A DNA stretch of 64,000 nucleotides from Camelus dromedarius (lineage: Eukaryota), in contig NC_087437.1 in NCBI RefSeq assembly GCF_036321535.1, positions 120,406,001 to 120,470,000 on the forward strand, in the 5' to 3' direction. Shown piece after piece: positions 1 to 13,186 of the stretch (positions are counted from its first letter, which is position 1; each line of letters begins with the position of its first letter). The position numbers were made by a program, and so were the translations under genes. Below the pieces are notes generated by a model. That model saw only the letters and a list, made by a program, of their open reading frames with translations. It did no database searches and was not told where the DNA came from.

Positions 1-289
1 TCCTGGCATCCGTGAGAAATGAAATGTGTCCCCCTCCGTTCTCCGCCAGGGGCCCGGGCGCAGCTGAGGAGGAGCCGCGGAGCGCGGGGCCTGGCACACA
101 CCCGTGCACACGCTTTCACCCCTGAGGCCCTTGCTGTGACATTGTTTTATGAAAAACCGGACTTCTGAGTATACAGCTAAAGGGCCCAAAACAAACAACG
201 TAAGGAGAGCTTTTTCTACCGACCACGTGTGTGCATTACAATACACAACTGCCTAATACCAAGTTTCCAACGCAACAGCTGAAGCACAC

Positions 290-817
290 CAATGACTCTT
301 CCGACTTCCTTTATTCAAAAATAAAAGAGGCACAAAAATATGGAACTAAGATGTCCAATGTCATCTGAAATAGCAGGTTTACCAAAAGGTTTGAAGGTAA
401 ACTTGAATTTGGGAGGATTAACTATAATTATTAGAGAGAGAATGAATTGTTTTTCAAAAACTGTATCCCAGGGAAACGCTGACCAGCCGGGTAGGTGGTT
501 ACTTAACCTCCCGCTTTTCTTGGGGGGCCTAGAGGTCTGAGTCTCCTGGGCAGGGGAGCTGCTCCGAGAAGCCCCTTCTGGGCGCGCTGACATGGGCCTT
601 TCCAGAAGACTGTCCCCTATCCCAGGCTCCCCTCTGGCAAGGTCGACCCACAAGTACGTTCCCTTCCAGGAGGAAGTTCTGGAGACACATATCAATTCAC
701 ATCCATCTCTAGTCAATCACACTTTGCCACCAGTAACTTGGGGCACACAGCTGGTGGTTTTAGAAAATGAATACAGCGCGGGGACCGGGGGAAGCAGGCA
801 GGCCAGGTCGCGCGGCC
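290..817 (-). other. HSF2BP: HSF2BP 3' UTR (3' end approximate)
   Basis: Sequence between the stop codon and the inferred cleavage region downstream of AATAAA. Confidence 0.6.
310..315 (-). terminator. Polyadenylation signal AATAAA
   Basis: Plus-strand tttatt at 310-315; a GU-rich stretch (tggtgtgc...tgttgcgttgg...gttgtgt) follows on the minus strand. Confidence 0.65.
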
Positions 818-1026
818 CTACGCGTCGTGCTCCAGAGCGCGGAGGTCCTCCAGGAGCTCCCGGGCCGCGGTCTGCAGGTGGGAGTTGCGGCTCTCGGACA
901 TGGCCCGGATGCGCTGCAGGGGCAGGGAGCTCCGGAACTCAGACGCCGCCTTGGAGAAGACTTCTGGCTCCAGAACCACAGACTGGACAAGTCGCAGCAC
1001 GTGGAGACACACCTCTGCATCCGGAT
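818..1026 (-). CDS. HSF2BP: HSF2BP last coding exon (209 nt to stop): (D)[25 protein letters not shown]...LEHDA*
   Basis: Acceptor cctcttgcccctag|AT; TAG at 820-818; matches ORF 818..1036. Confidence 0.96.
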
Positions 1027-4000
1027 CTAGGGGCAAGAGGCAGCGCTCTGGTTAGAAGACGGCCTCTGCGGGGCCCTGGGCAGGGCCACCCCTCGAGGGC
1101 GCCTGGCCTTTCGGAATGACAGGTGTGACAGTTTGGTAAACTCTGGGCTGTCCCAGAACTCTGTCACTTCTTGATGTAAAAGCTTAGCTCCTAAGAGGAG
1201 CATGACAAAACGCAGCCATCCTCCACGCAGGAACACTCTACCTTCAAGTATTACTCACAAAAATGCTGGATTAAGACTACAAGGACTTTGAGGGAAGGGA
1301 CAGACTGGGATTTCAAAATGTAGAACAGATAAACAAGATTGTGCTGTGTAGCACAGGGAAACATATACAGGATCTTGTGGTGGCTCACAGCAAAAGAGAA
1401 TGTGACGATGAATGTATGTATGTTCATGTATAACTGAAAAATCGTGCTCTACACTGGAATCTGACACAACATTGTAAAATGACTATAACTCAATTAAAAA
1501 AATTAAAAAGAAAAAAGAATACAAGGACTTCTCCTGTAGTCTGCTACAATTCTGTCCACTTAGAAGGTTGTCATAAAAGTTATCACTTCATCTTCACTCC
1601 GAGTGCAGCAAGTCCCCCGGAGACCACGCAGAGACAGCCTCTCTTCAGGGCCACTGGCCTCCACAAAGTCACTGGCTGTAACAGTCAAGCCGCGTTCCAC
1701 TTTCTTCCACGTGGCGCTCCCTGCAGCTGCAGGACCCGCTAGCCCTGCATGTACTACAACCGCCACTGGAAAGCAGCCAGGCTAAAGCAGCCGCCCGGCA
1801 CAGAGCCCCAACCCCAGCAGGAGGGCACCTCCTTGCGTGTCTCTCTGCTGGGAGCCGCTAAGTGCCACTGATTCCCTTCTCGACTGGACACCGTCATGGG
1901 AACCAGGCTCCAAATCAGCACCACTTTCTTAGCACTATACTTCAAAGACCTTTTCAGAAGTAAGCGGATTGAACGAGGAGACGGAACGAACCCTCAATGG
2001 GAACTGCCCCAGCACCACGGCCCCCGCGCCCTTCCCTGCTCAACGAGAGCCACCAGGCACCGCAAGGGCTGCTGTGCGCAGCAGCAGGAAAAGCCCCTGC
2101 TCGCCCTGGGCCCAGACCCTCAGAGTCCTCCCTCGCCGGGGGAGCCCCAAACCCCTAAAGGCACAGGGCAGAGTGGCCGCCCCAGGAGGAGGACAGGACC
2201 CCGGGAAGGCCCCACCACTCAGACGCAGAACCAAACAACAGGGAACTCCCTCCTCTCCGGCAGCTGCAGCCGCAGCCCAGCAAGCAGCCAAGGCGAGCAG
2301 TGTGCGGTGGGGAGGGCAGGAGGGGCACGCGCCCTCAGGCACAGATCCAGGGGAAGGCCCGCAGCTGAGGCTGGAGCAGGACGGGGAGACAGGCACACTG
2401 CAACTCAGTCCTCCTGCTCAGCACAGGGAAGGAGGGGAATTTGAACCCAGCGGTGCAGGCAGGTGCCCAAAGCAGCAATAAATTCCAGCCCAGCCCAAGC
2501 CCCACGACAGCCCAGCAGAACAAGAGGTGGAAACACTCTACCTCTTCCCTCTGCAGAGGTTGGCATCCCGTGGCCCAAAGGCCAAACGCAGCCCATGGCC
2601 TATCTCTACACAGGCTGTGAGCTAAGGGTGGTTTTCACACTTTAAAGGGTTATTTTAAAAGAAAACAAAACAAAATAGAAGAATAATACGCAACAGAAAC
2701 CACACGTGACCCTCAAGGCTCACAGTATTTAGCATCTAGCTCATCACAGGAGAGGTCTGCTGACCTCTGCTCTGCCGCCTACACACAACGCGTAGCACGC
2801 AGTCAGAAATGGCGGCGACAGAGCAAGGGGCAAAGGCCCACAGTGAGACAGCGAAGTCACCAGCAGAGACCAGCTCAGAGGTAACCATTCTCAGAAGCAC
2901 CGCGTTAGGGTTCTGACAGTTCACCTGAAGCAGTATAATATTATTTAAGGACTTTTAATTTTTAATAGCCTCTTCAATAAATGGTGCTGGAAAAACTGAA
3001 CATCCATATGCAAAAACAAAGAAATTCAATCCATACCTTGCCTCACGTATAAAAGTTAAATGAAAATTAATAATAGACTTACACGTAAAACCCAAAACTA
3101 AAAACTTCTAAAAGAAAACAAGAGAAAAATCTTGGTAACTTTGAGTTAAGTATTTTTTAGATACATATAAAACTAAAATCATAATCCATACAAGGAAAAA
3201 GTAAGTTCTATCAAAATTAAAAACATCTGCCTTTCAAACACATGACAGCAGAGATGAGGGCTTCAACAGGATCCAGGGGAAGCACACAGAGGACATCTCT
3301 CAAAAGCGCTCCTAGAAGTCAAAGAGGCACAAACACTTCCAAAGAAACCGGGCGGGAGGGAGTGCTTCCGGCCTCACTTTATGAAGCCTGCATCACCCTG
3401 GTGTCAAAACCAGACAAGGACAACACGCAAGAAAGTACAAGTACATAAATGCAAAAACCCTCAGTAAAATAACAGCCAAACAAATACATTAAAAGGATCA
3501 TACACCACGATTAGCGGGATTTACTCCAGGAAGGCAAGAATAGTCAGCATCTGCAGAAGAACCAACATGATATATATTAACAAAATGAGACACTACCTCA
3601 CAGCTGTCGGAATGGCAACTATCAAAAAGTCAAAAAATAAGCACTGGGGAGGCTGTGGCAAAAAGGGAACTCATGCATTTTGGTGGGCATGTAAACTGGT
3701 GTCGCTACTGTGGAAAACAGTACGGAGGTTCCTCAAAAAATTAAGAACAGAACTACCATATGATCCAGATACAAATGAACTTATTTACAAAACAGAAATG
3801 GACTCATGCCTCCTGGAAGTGCCCTCAGAGCCAGTCTGTGAGCTGTATCCAAACCAGTGCGACCGCCCTAGACTCAGAGGCCCCATGCCCTCGCCAGGAT
3901 TCTCACACTCGGCGGGCACTCAGTCACGCCGCACGAGCTGGGAGCTCCGAGGATGAAGGGCTGGGGCGGGAGCAGCTGGCCTCAGCACCCCCATCCCGCG

Positions 4001-7000
4001 CCCCCACGCCCCCTGCGACGTGGCCGCTCCCTGCGCCTGGCAACATGGTCTTCACTAGACCCAGCACACCGTGTCCTCCTGGTTTCCTCCCCCTCGTCTT
4101 GCATCGCCGTGCTCCCTCAGAGTCTCCTTTGCTCCCTCCTCCTCTTTCTACCGCACCTGGAGCGCCCCAGGCCTGTCTGCAGCCCCCGGAACCCCTCGGA
4201 AGACGCAGCCCCCTACTGCGCCGGCCCGGCTCACACAGCTGACTCCCGCCCTGGCCCCTGCACGAACCGCGGCTCCGGGATCCCTGTGTGCTCCACGGCT
4301 CCCTCTGACCGTCAGGCGGGCATCTCAGAGCCAGCATGCACCAAACGCCCTGCTCCTCCCCAAGTCCTCGCAGCAGCACCAGCAGGGACCCAGCTACTCA
4401 GCCCCCAAAGCGAAGCATCACCCTGGACCTCCCCCGTCATATCCCTCTTAACTCAAAACCTACCTTGCATGTAGTCACATCAATCATGGCCCTGCTGCTG
4501 CTGCACCCAGGTCCCCCCCACCATCTCACACACACACACACACCCCGCGGCAATGCCTCCGCTCCTTTCCGCCCTCCCCGCAGCAGCCGGCGCAAGCTTG
4601 GTGACGGCCCATCAGACGGGGCTGTCCCCACTCAGCTTTCAGTCACCTGCAGGCCCCACGGGCCCCAGCCCGATGGGCTCCCTGACCCCCTCTCGGACAC
4701 ACCGGCCTCCTCACCCCATTCTCACGGCCGCGGCTGCCCACCACCGTCCTCGGCCTGGGACACTCTGCTTACAGGCCTCTGACGGCTTGTCCTTCACCTC
4801 ACTTGGGTCTCCACTCACCCAAAGAGCAGTCCCACCTCGGCTGTCGAGACCTCAGACCACTCCATCTTTATCTGTATCACCATCCTGTTTGCTATCAAGT
4901 CTCTCCACCTGAATGTAAGTTCCATGAGGGAAGAACTCGGTCTTGTTCACTTTCGGACCGCCAGCTCCTAGGGCAGGGCTGGGAGCTCAAGGAACACCTG
5001 TAAGACACCAGCTGCCCCAGCGCTCCAAGCTGCAGCACACCCTGCCCACGGCACCCACCACCCTGGGGGCAGCTAAAGCCCCGGCTCAGCAGCAGAGGGG
5101 GTGCCACGCCCAGCAGCATACTCTGGGGGAGACAAAAGGAAAACAACTTCCAGTCTCTACTCTTTTACCTATTTGGGGATTTAAAAAAAAAAAACAAAAA
5201 ACCCCAGGCCATTAACAAGCAACAAATTAGAAAGCACAAATAGGGGTCTGTTTGTAACATTCCCCCCAGGCCCTGAAGGAGTGACGAGGCCTGGGGCTGG
5301 GACATCTGGAACAGCTCCCCCGAGGGTGGCTTCAGGTTGGATCTTGAAGGTCTGGGAACACAACGTATGTAAGAGTTTAGAGGACTGTGAGATGGACTGC
5401 TAAGACTTCAGGCTACTTCATGCTTCTAATTTCTTCTTTCCAAAATCCAGAGAGATGCTGTAACTTCAACCTGTACAAATGAAAGCTCCCTGCTGATGGC
5501 TGTGAGCGTCCTGGCTTCTTCCAGCTGCCCATCTGCGCAGATTCCCCACCTCCCACTTTCCAAGGTCACTGCTCAACTTCTTCAACACGATATTTCAGAC
5601 AACAGACCACACACAGCGTGAGGTGGAAAGGCGTCACTTAGCCTAAGCGGGAATTTGCTCCTTTCTAAAATACACTTGTGCGGCCGCTCTGACATAAATG
5701 CAGAGCCTGGACCACAACCAAGTCAGTCCCACTTCCACACACGTCAAAATCCATTAGAATAAGCAGACGTCAGTAACCATACCCGAAATACCACTGGAAA
5801 ACAGAATTCTCAGAACAGTGTATCATCTACTCAACGGAGGCAACACACAATTTCCACGTTTTAAACTAGGCTTAATTTATCAGCCCAACACGGCTCAGGA
5901 GAAGACACACAAGCTCAGGTGGAGTGTCTGGACTCAGAGGACCAGGACATGAGCCCCAGATATGGTCCCTCCTGACCGACTGGCCTGGGCAAGTAAGGTG
6001 TTCACATTGTTTGAGCCTCGGTTTCCTGGTCCAGAAACCAGAACGTACGCCCTTCTCACAGAGTCGGGGGCACACGTGAGCATGTGCTGGGTGGAGCGGG
6101 GACTCAACAAACAGCTGTCGGGACTCAACTGGCCACTGGCCCCAGCCTGGCAGAACTCAGGCACCTGACCTGGAAGCAGCTCCAGGATCGCCTTTGGCAG
6201 TTCAGCTCAGCTTATGGGTGGTCAGTTTTAAACATGAGAGTCTGCTGGGAAAGACGCCGTGGTCTCCTGCGACAATCGTGCATGGGGAGGAGTGGTGGCA
6301 GGAGAGCGAGGAGGCGGCTGGGGGCTCTGCTCCCAGAGGCTTTCTGAGGAGGATGACGGCCACAAGCCCAGGGGAAAACATAAAACCACCAAAGCTCCTC
6401 ATACTGTAATTTTCTTCACTGAACTTTTTGCCTTCCCACAAAGAGGAAAAATGCTGAAAGGATTAAAAACAAAAAGCAAAAAGCACCAGTGACCTGTGGG
6501 ATAATATCAAGCATGTTACTGGAACCTTAGAAGGAGAGGAGGGGAAGACATAAAAAATTTTTGAAGATACAATGGCCAAAAATATCCAAGTTGAGGTAAA
6601 CTGGAAGCCTACAGGTCCAGGAATACAAAACAGCACCAAGGCACGTCACAATCCAATCTGAAAACAGTGACGGAGAGCAGCCCAGAGCAACGAGAGGAAA
6701 CAAACATGTTCGGGGGAGAGGGCAGAGTGACAGCAGCCTTGGGGAGGACCACGTGGGCCAGCGCACAGGGAGCAATGCCTTTAAAGTAAGAATGAGAAAC
6801 CTGTCAACCTTGAATTCTACACCCAGCAAAAGTATCTTCCAAAAATGGTGGTGAATAAACACTTTGCAAGACAAACAGAAAGTGAGAGAATTCCACACCA
6901 GCAGACCTGCACCCCAAGCAATGCTGAAAGCTCTTCAGGCAGAAGGAAAATGATAAGAAAGTGAGATCCACACGAAGGAACAAGAGCACCAGAAATGGTG

Positions 7001-10000
7001 AATCTGGACATTTCTCTTTGTATCTTGTCAACCTCTTTAAATGGTACCTGTTTAAAGCAAAAATAATAAAAATGTATTTTGAGGTTTTCAACATACATAT
7101 GACAACAGTTGTAAAAGGACGGGAGGGGGAAAGCAGCACCGTCGCAGGCTTTGTGCGCTACAGGTCAGCGGCGTCAAGTCTTTTGAAAGTGGACTATGGC
7201 AAGTTAAACATGTACATTTTATACCCTAGAGCAACCACTAAAACAAAAATTTTAAAAACAAAGGGAAGAGGGGAGGGTCTAGCTCAGTGGTAGAGCACAT
7301 GCTTAGCATGCACAAGGTCCTGGGTTCAGGCCCCAGTACCTCCAGTAAATAAACAAACAAACAAACAAACCTATTTATCTCCCCCTCCAAAAAAAAAAAC
7401 CAAAGAGAAAAATGGCTAATGATCCAATAATGAAGATAAAACTGAATCACATAATAATACTAAATTAATCCAAAAGAAAGAAGGGGGAAAAGAATAAAGA
7501 GCAGGCAGGACAAGCAGAAAATAAACAGCAAGAGGACAGGTTTAAAATCATACAAAGAAATAATCACATTAAGTATAAATGCTCTAAATACTACAAGCAA
7601 AAAGCAGAGATTGTCAGATTAATTTAAAAAACTCAAGGCCCAGTTATATGCTGTTTCTAAGAACTCTGCATTAAATATAAAGACACAGGTAGGTAAAAGC
7701 ATAGAAATACATTTTTAAACATTTTACATATACTTCACGCACGTGTATTTTACAGACACACATATACTTAAAATATACTAATACTAGTCGAAAGGAAGGT
7801 GCGGTGGCTATGCTGACCGCAGCGAAGAAGAATTCAGAGGAAGGCTTATTATCAGGGATAAGGAAGGACATTTGGCAATGATAAAACAGTCAATCAGTTA
7901 AGAGGACATAACAATCCTAAACGTTTACGCACTTAATAACAGAGCTGCAAACACATGAAGTGAAAACTGATGGAACTGAAAGGAAAATCAATCCACAATG
8001 ATGGCCAAGGACTTCAGTATCCCCTTCTTGACAACGGACAGAAGATGGGCAAGGACACAGAAGACGTCAACATGACAGCCGACCTGAAAGCACTGGCACT
8101 ACAGCACACATCACTCCCAAACAGTAAAGCCCACGCTCGTCTCACATGCTTGTGGAACATTTACGAGACAGACCGTGTGTGGCCCTATAAAGCAAGTCTC
8201 AGCAAATTTAAAAGGACTGGAACCAGACACGGTATGGTCTCTGACACCGGCAAATTAAACTAGAAATCAATACCAGAAATATATCTAGAAAATCTCCAAA
8301 TATTTGGAAATTAAATATTAAATTAGAACATGTGCCATACAACTTACTGAAGAGTCAGATGGTGCCCAATCCCCAAGTCAGAAACACTTAACACACTACA
8401 TCACGTTGTGTGCAGATGTGATCGATTTTTCATACACGTTCAAAACAGAAAGATGCACAACCATTCTCTTCGCTGTAAGTTATCCGGGGATCCTCAAGAG
8501 GTCACCTGGATACAACTGCAGACCCCAGAAGACTCACAGTCTCGTATGCCACCCCTCTGACGCTCTGCCCCAAAGCGCACCTGCAGGCACTCCCTCCTCA
8601 TCACCACCTCCCTCCTCTCCTGACGCCGACCACCCTCCGACCCCAGCCCTTTGGCACGGGTTCGAGCCCCACAACTCTACTGAGTCTGTTCTCCCCAAGG
8701 AATCCAGGGACATCTGGACTCCGGGCCGAACGGCCTCATTCAGCCTGTCTGGCTTCTCTCTCCTTTCTCAGACTCCCAAATGATGCCCTGGCCCACCTCT
8801 CCCCTCCCTGGAGCTACTCTGAGTCCATCACCCTCCCTGGCCACAGCCTCCCCATCCGACTTCCCGCGCCCACAGCGTGTCACCGAGTCACTAGCAGGTG
8901 CTCACTGACGTCAAGGGAACAAACGCGTGAGTCCATGAGTGGGAGTGCAAGAGTGAGCATGATCCCCAGCAGTCACCTGCCACAGCCTTGCGTGGGTGAG
9001 CCAAGCAGGGTCTGACTGGGGCTTCACCCACCTGCTAGCTCCGTGACTCCAGAACACCCAGGTGTCACGTTCTTGCCCAAGGTGACAGATGGGGTGAACA
9101 CAGCCCACCCCACACGCGGCTGTGAGGTGAGCCCTGTGTGCGGGGGCCCACAGCTCCATAAACTGGCTGTGTGCTGTGGGGCCCACAGGACCTGAGGTCC
9201 CCCAGGGACCTGTGAAGAATGCTGCCTCCTCAGGGTGAATGGGGAGAACCTGCATGCTTAGGGCGCACAAGTTAGGAACCTGACTGAAAGCGTGAACTGA
9301 GAGTTGTGGACCTCACTGCGATCTCCGGAAGCCGGGCCCAAGATCCTTCCTTCACCTGACAGATGCCAACGGGGCTCTGAGGGGCCTCAAACCCAGGCGG
9401 CGGCTGAGTATCAAGCAGAGAATAGGACACGACATCCTGGCCCTCACTGGGCACAGAAGGCATGACTGTAATGGCAGGCAGACCGTGTGGATGGAGGGGC
9501 TGCCCAGGCTCAATGAGGCACGAGATAGCAGAGAGGCAGGGTGGGGAGAGCACTGAGGACCGCGTGGGGTGTGGGCCCATCACCAAGCCGAGCACCAAGC
9601 TGAGGGGCAGGTGACCCCGGGCTTCTCGGTGCACCTGCCTCCACACTCTGCACATCCCTCCTCTGCTCAGACACCCACGGTCTCCGGGAAGCTCTGTGAC
9701 AGGTAGTCTGGCTCGCTAAGGACTCAGAAATTTGGAAGAAGGTGCTCTGTGGAGACAAGAGCCTCCCAGTCCTGAGTGGTGACCACCCTGAGGTCAAGGA
9801 CTCTGCTACCCCCGCCCCATAAGCCTCAGTTTCTGTGAGTGAGCTCGGCCCACGGCAGCCTCTCATTGCCCTGATCCTCCCGGGCCCTGAATTGGAGAGG
9901 CAGCCCAGACCTCGGCCCAGCAGGCTCCTAGCGGACGGCCACCACCGAGCCTTCCCCTGGAAACCATCACAGGCACCTTCCTGCGAGTCTGTTTAGCACT

Positions 10001-13000
10001 TAGCTTTGATAAAAACCAGCCCTCCGTCCTCTCACCAGCCAGCTGCCCACACCCGCCGACTCTCGTGCAGATGCCCAGCAAACCCGCAAGCGGGGCGTTT
10101 AACCTGGGAGCAACATTCTTACCGTCTTTCTCTAAGTTAAAAAACCCTCTTCAGATTCTGATAAGAGCTATGAATCAGTCGTCCTCAACACCAACACACA
10201 CACACACACACACACACGCACGCACGCACCCTGGAAGATCCCAGAGTCGCAAGGCTCGGCCTCAGGGAGGAAGCCAGCAGTCTGCCGGACAGATCTTGGT
10301 TCTCCCTGCTGGGAAGCAGAAGCCTTTCTTGCCCCGCTCGGGACTGCCAGGAAATGGCCAGATCGGAGCTGCTCGCCTCTCTCCTGCTCAGAGAGCGGCT
10401 GAGGAGGGCCTGCAGGGCTCTGGGCATCCGGCTCCACTTCCTTCTCCACCCAGGACCGAGAGCCCGGGGGTGCAGAGGGCGATCCACGTGCAGGAGCCAT
10501 GAGAGGGCCCCCTCCCCTTCCTCACTTCTAACCAAGCCCCTTTAAAAAACAGCCTGTTCATATTTTCTTTCTAGTTTAAGAATCAGACTCAAAATGTCTG
10601 GACCTCCAGGGTTTGGCAGTTTCCAAACGTCACAGTGTTTACAGCACAACCCTGGTAACAGGTGGTCAGCCGCTGACAAGGGCCACAGCGAACGGAAGCG
10701 CAGCGCCTCGTGCGGACCCGCGAGCCCCTCTTCTAGGCGCTGCCGGGCCAGCCCTTCACAATGAGCTAAGAGCAACTCATTTCAAAGCCTGCGCGTTTCC
10801 ACGGAGACCCATAAACCTGCGTGAGAAACACACCCGTCACCTGGGCGCTCAGCCGCCCTTCAGGAATGGAGAAGACACTGGGCTCTCCAGCTGCGTGGCG
10901 GGAGGAGCTGATACCAACTGCCACAGGGCCACGCGCAGCAACGGCCACCCTGCAGGCCCGACTCTTTCCAGAAGGAGACGACGACGAAAACAGCTTACCC
11001 CTGCCCGCAAGCCGCCACTTACAAAGTGCCTGCGCACCCGGTGCTGCGTGTTCGCTCGGGGGGAATCTTTTTAGGCCAAACAGAAATGAGACACTGCTGT
11101 CAAGCAGGCCTGCCAAATAAGCAGGAAGCGCTTCTCCGTGACCCAGAAGGATGACGGAGGGGACCGTGAGGCCCCTGGCGCAGAATAAGAACATTCCTAA
11201 AGGACCTTTCATCCTGTCTGTAGTGAAGAGTGGCTGGGAGCGGCAGACTGAAAGGCAGCGGCAGGTCCTAAGGACATTCAAACCCTAACTCAAAAGTCTC
11301 TTCCAGATTCCCACGTGCCCCCCACCACAGATGGGCCCCCCGCCCTCCTGGGCCCAGAGCTCAGTGACGGAAATTTCCAGGTAGAGGAGCAGCTAAGGTT
11401 ACACAGTTCATTTTACACTGCCGTGACTGTCCACAGCATTAAACTCGCATTGAATCAGCTCCGCCAGAGCGCACACTCCTCGCTGTGCGGCCTCAGAGAC
11501 CCTCTTCACCTCCATGAGCCCGGCATCTGTGTGTACAAAATACACCTGCCATTAAGACCGAACGAGGTGCAGCGAGCACAGGCCTAGCCCAGCGGCGGTC
11601 ACGCAGCTGGTGCACGAGAGAACGAGGTGTGCCCGCGCGTTCCGCTGCTGCCCAGGCCCGCCACACACCTTCGACAAAGCAGTACACAGAAGGCAGCCCT
11701 CCACCGCCACCTCTCAGAGATGAAACCTGCCTTGGTGATGCTAAACCTTTTAATAGAGTGATACAGTTAGAATCTGTCCTCCTAAGAATTAAGCGCTCTG
11801 TACACAGTTTTGAAAATTAAACATGTAAGTTACTTCTTTGGCTGAGGTTTTACATCATGTGAAGTGAAACATAACTTAACTCCACTTAAAAAAAAAAATT
11901 TCACTGATCATTATTTGAAGCCAAAATAGTTCTTTTAATTATTCTGATGACATCCCCAGTCCCCAATTTTCACTCGTTACTGGTAACAGTCACCATTATC
12001 AAAAATCTGTTCAGCTAAATCCTGTGAAACCGTCACTTTTATAGGTTCAAAATGCACAAATCCTGGCAGTTTCAGTGGTTTGACCTGGCCCTGTGCCCGG
12101 GGCGGTGCTGGGTGCTCTGGGTGGATGGACTGCCTGAGTCCTTGGGGTGGCTCTGGAGCAGACGTCACGGTCATTGTGCACAGATGAAGGGGGGCCACCA
12201 AGAGCAGCACCAGCACCAGGAGGGTCCACATCCCCCGCCCCCGACCTCCACCAGCACCCTGGAGGGTCCACACTCCTCACCCCCCAACCTCCACCGCCCA
12301 GCACATGCAGGGGCTCTGCTCAGTCTCCACACTTGTCAAGAAGAGAAGAGCAGGTAAGTTGATGCTGGCAGGATATGCTTTTAAGCAGATGCAGACGTTA
12401 CCTCCATCTAGCACACCTTTATGTCTCTTCTGCGTGTCATCAAACTTGGAACTGACGTGGGAAATTTTATTGTGTTTACAACAGAAATAGTGAATCAGAC
12501 CACTTCAGCTAGAAAGACGAAACTACCACTCAGACCCACGTGTTACGTCCCACCAAGCCCAGGAGGAGGGCTACATTCCACGTCCCCACAGGCCTGGGTG
12601 TGCTCTCCTCCCCGCTCCGCCCCCGCGCATCACAGAAGGCTGGCACCTCGCTCATGGGGAGGGGCGGCCAGCACTCAGGGCTGCATGCTTCCTTGTCCAC
12701 ACCCGGCGAAGGAACCACCTCCCCACCATCCCTGGGGTCCAGATGGGCCGAACTTAGCTCACGCGTCCACTTCCAGACCAGCGACTGAGGGCAGAAGGAT
12801 GCCACGCACTGAGTGGATTTACCGTGATCTGAAACCAGTCACTGGCACAACGACAAGACTGCCAGGGCTGCCTCAGGCCGATCACCTGGCCCTGTCTGAC
12901 ACGAGAGTCGCCGGGAAGGTGTGAGAACCCCGATGCCTGGTCCCACTCCCAGTCAATCAAACTACAGCCTCTGTGGGTGGGGACCCAAGCTCGACTGTCA

Positions 13001-13151
13001 GGGCACAGGTGTGTGTGTGTGCATACGTGTGTATGTATGTGCGTATGTGTGTGCATGTGCACGTGTGCACGCATGTATGTGTGTGCACCTCTGTGCATGT
13101 GTATGTGTACCCGTGTGTGTGTGTGTATATGTGTGTGCATGTAAGTGTGCG

Positions 13152-13186
<35 letters not shown>

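Noticed and set aside
592..4912. Many long GC-rich ORFs (e.g. 592..1119, 1896..2444, 3953..4474)
   Set aside because: They are P/R/G/S/A-rich, overlap in several frames and have no recognisable domain, as expected from stop-codon scarcity in GC-rich DNA.
7270..7342. tRNA gene (also 49746-49820)
   Set aside because: The tRNA-like head continues into a shared SINE tail with an A-rich end, and the stems are degenerate. These are SINEs.
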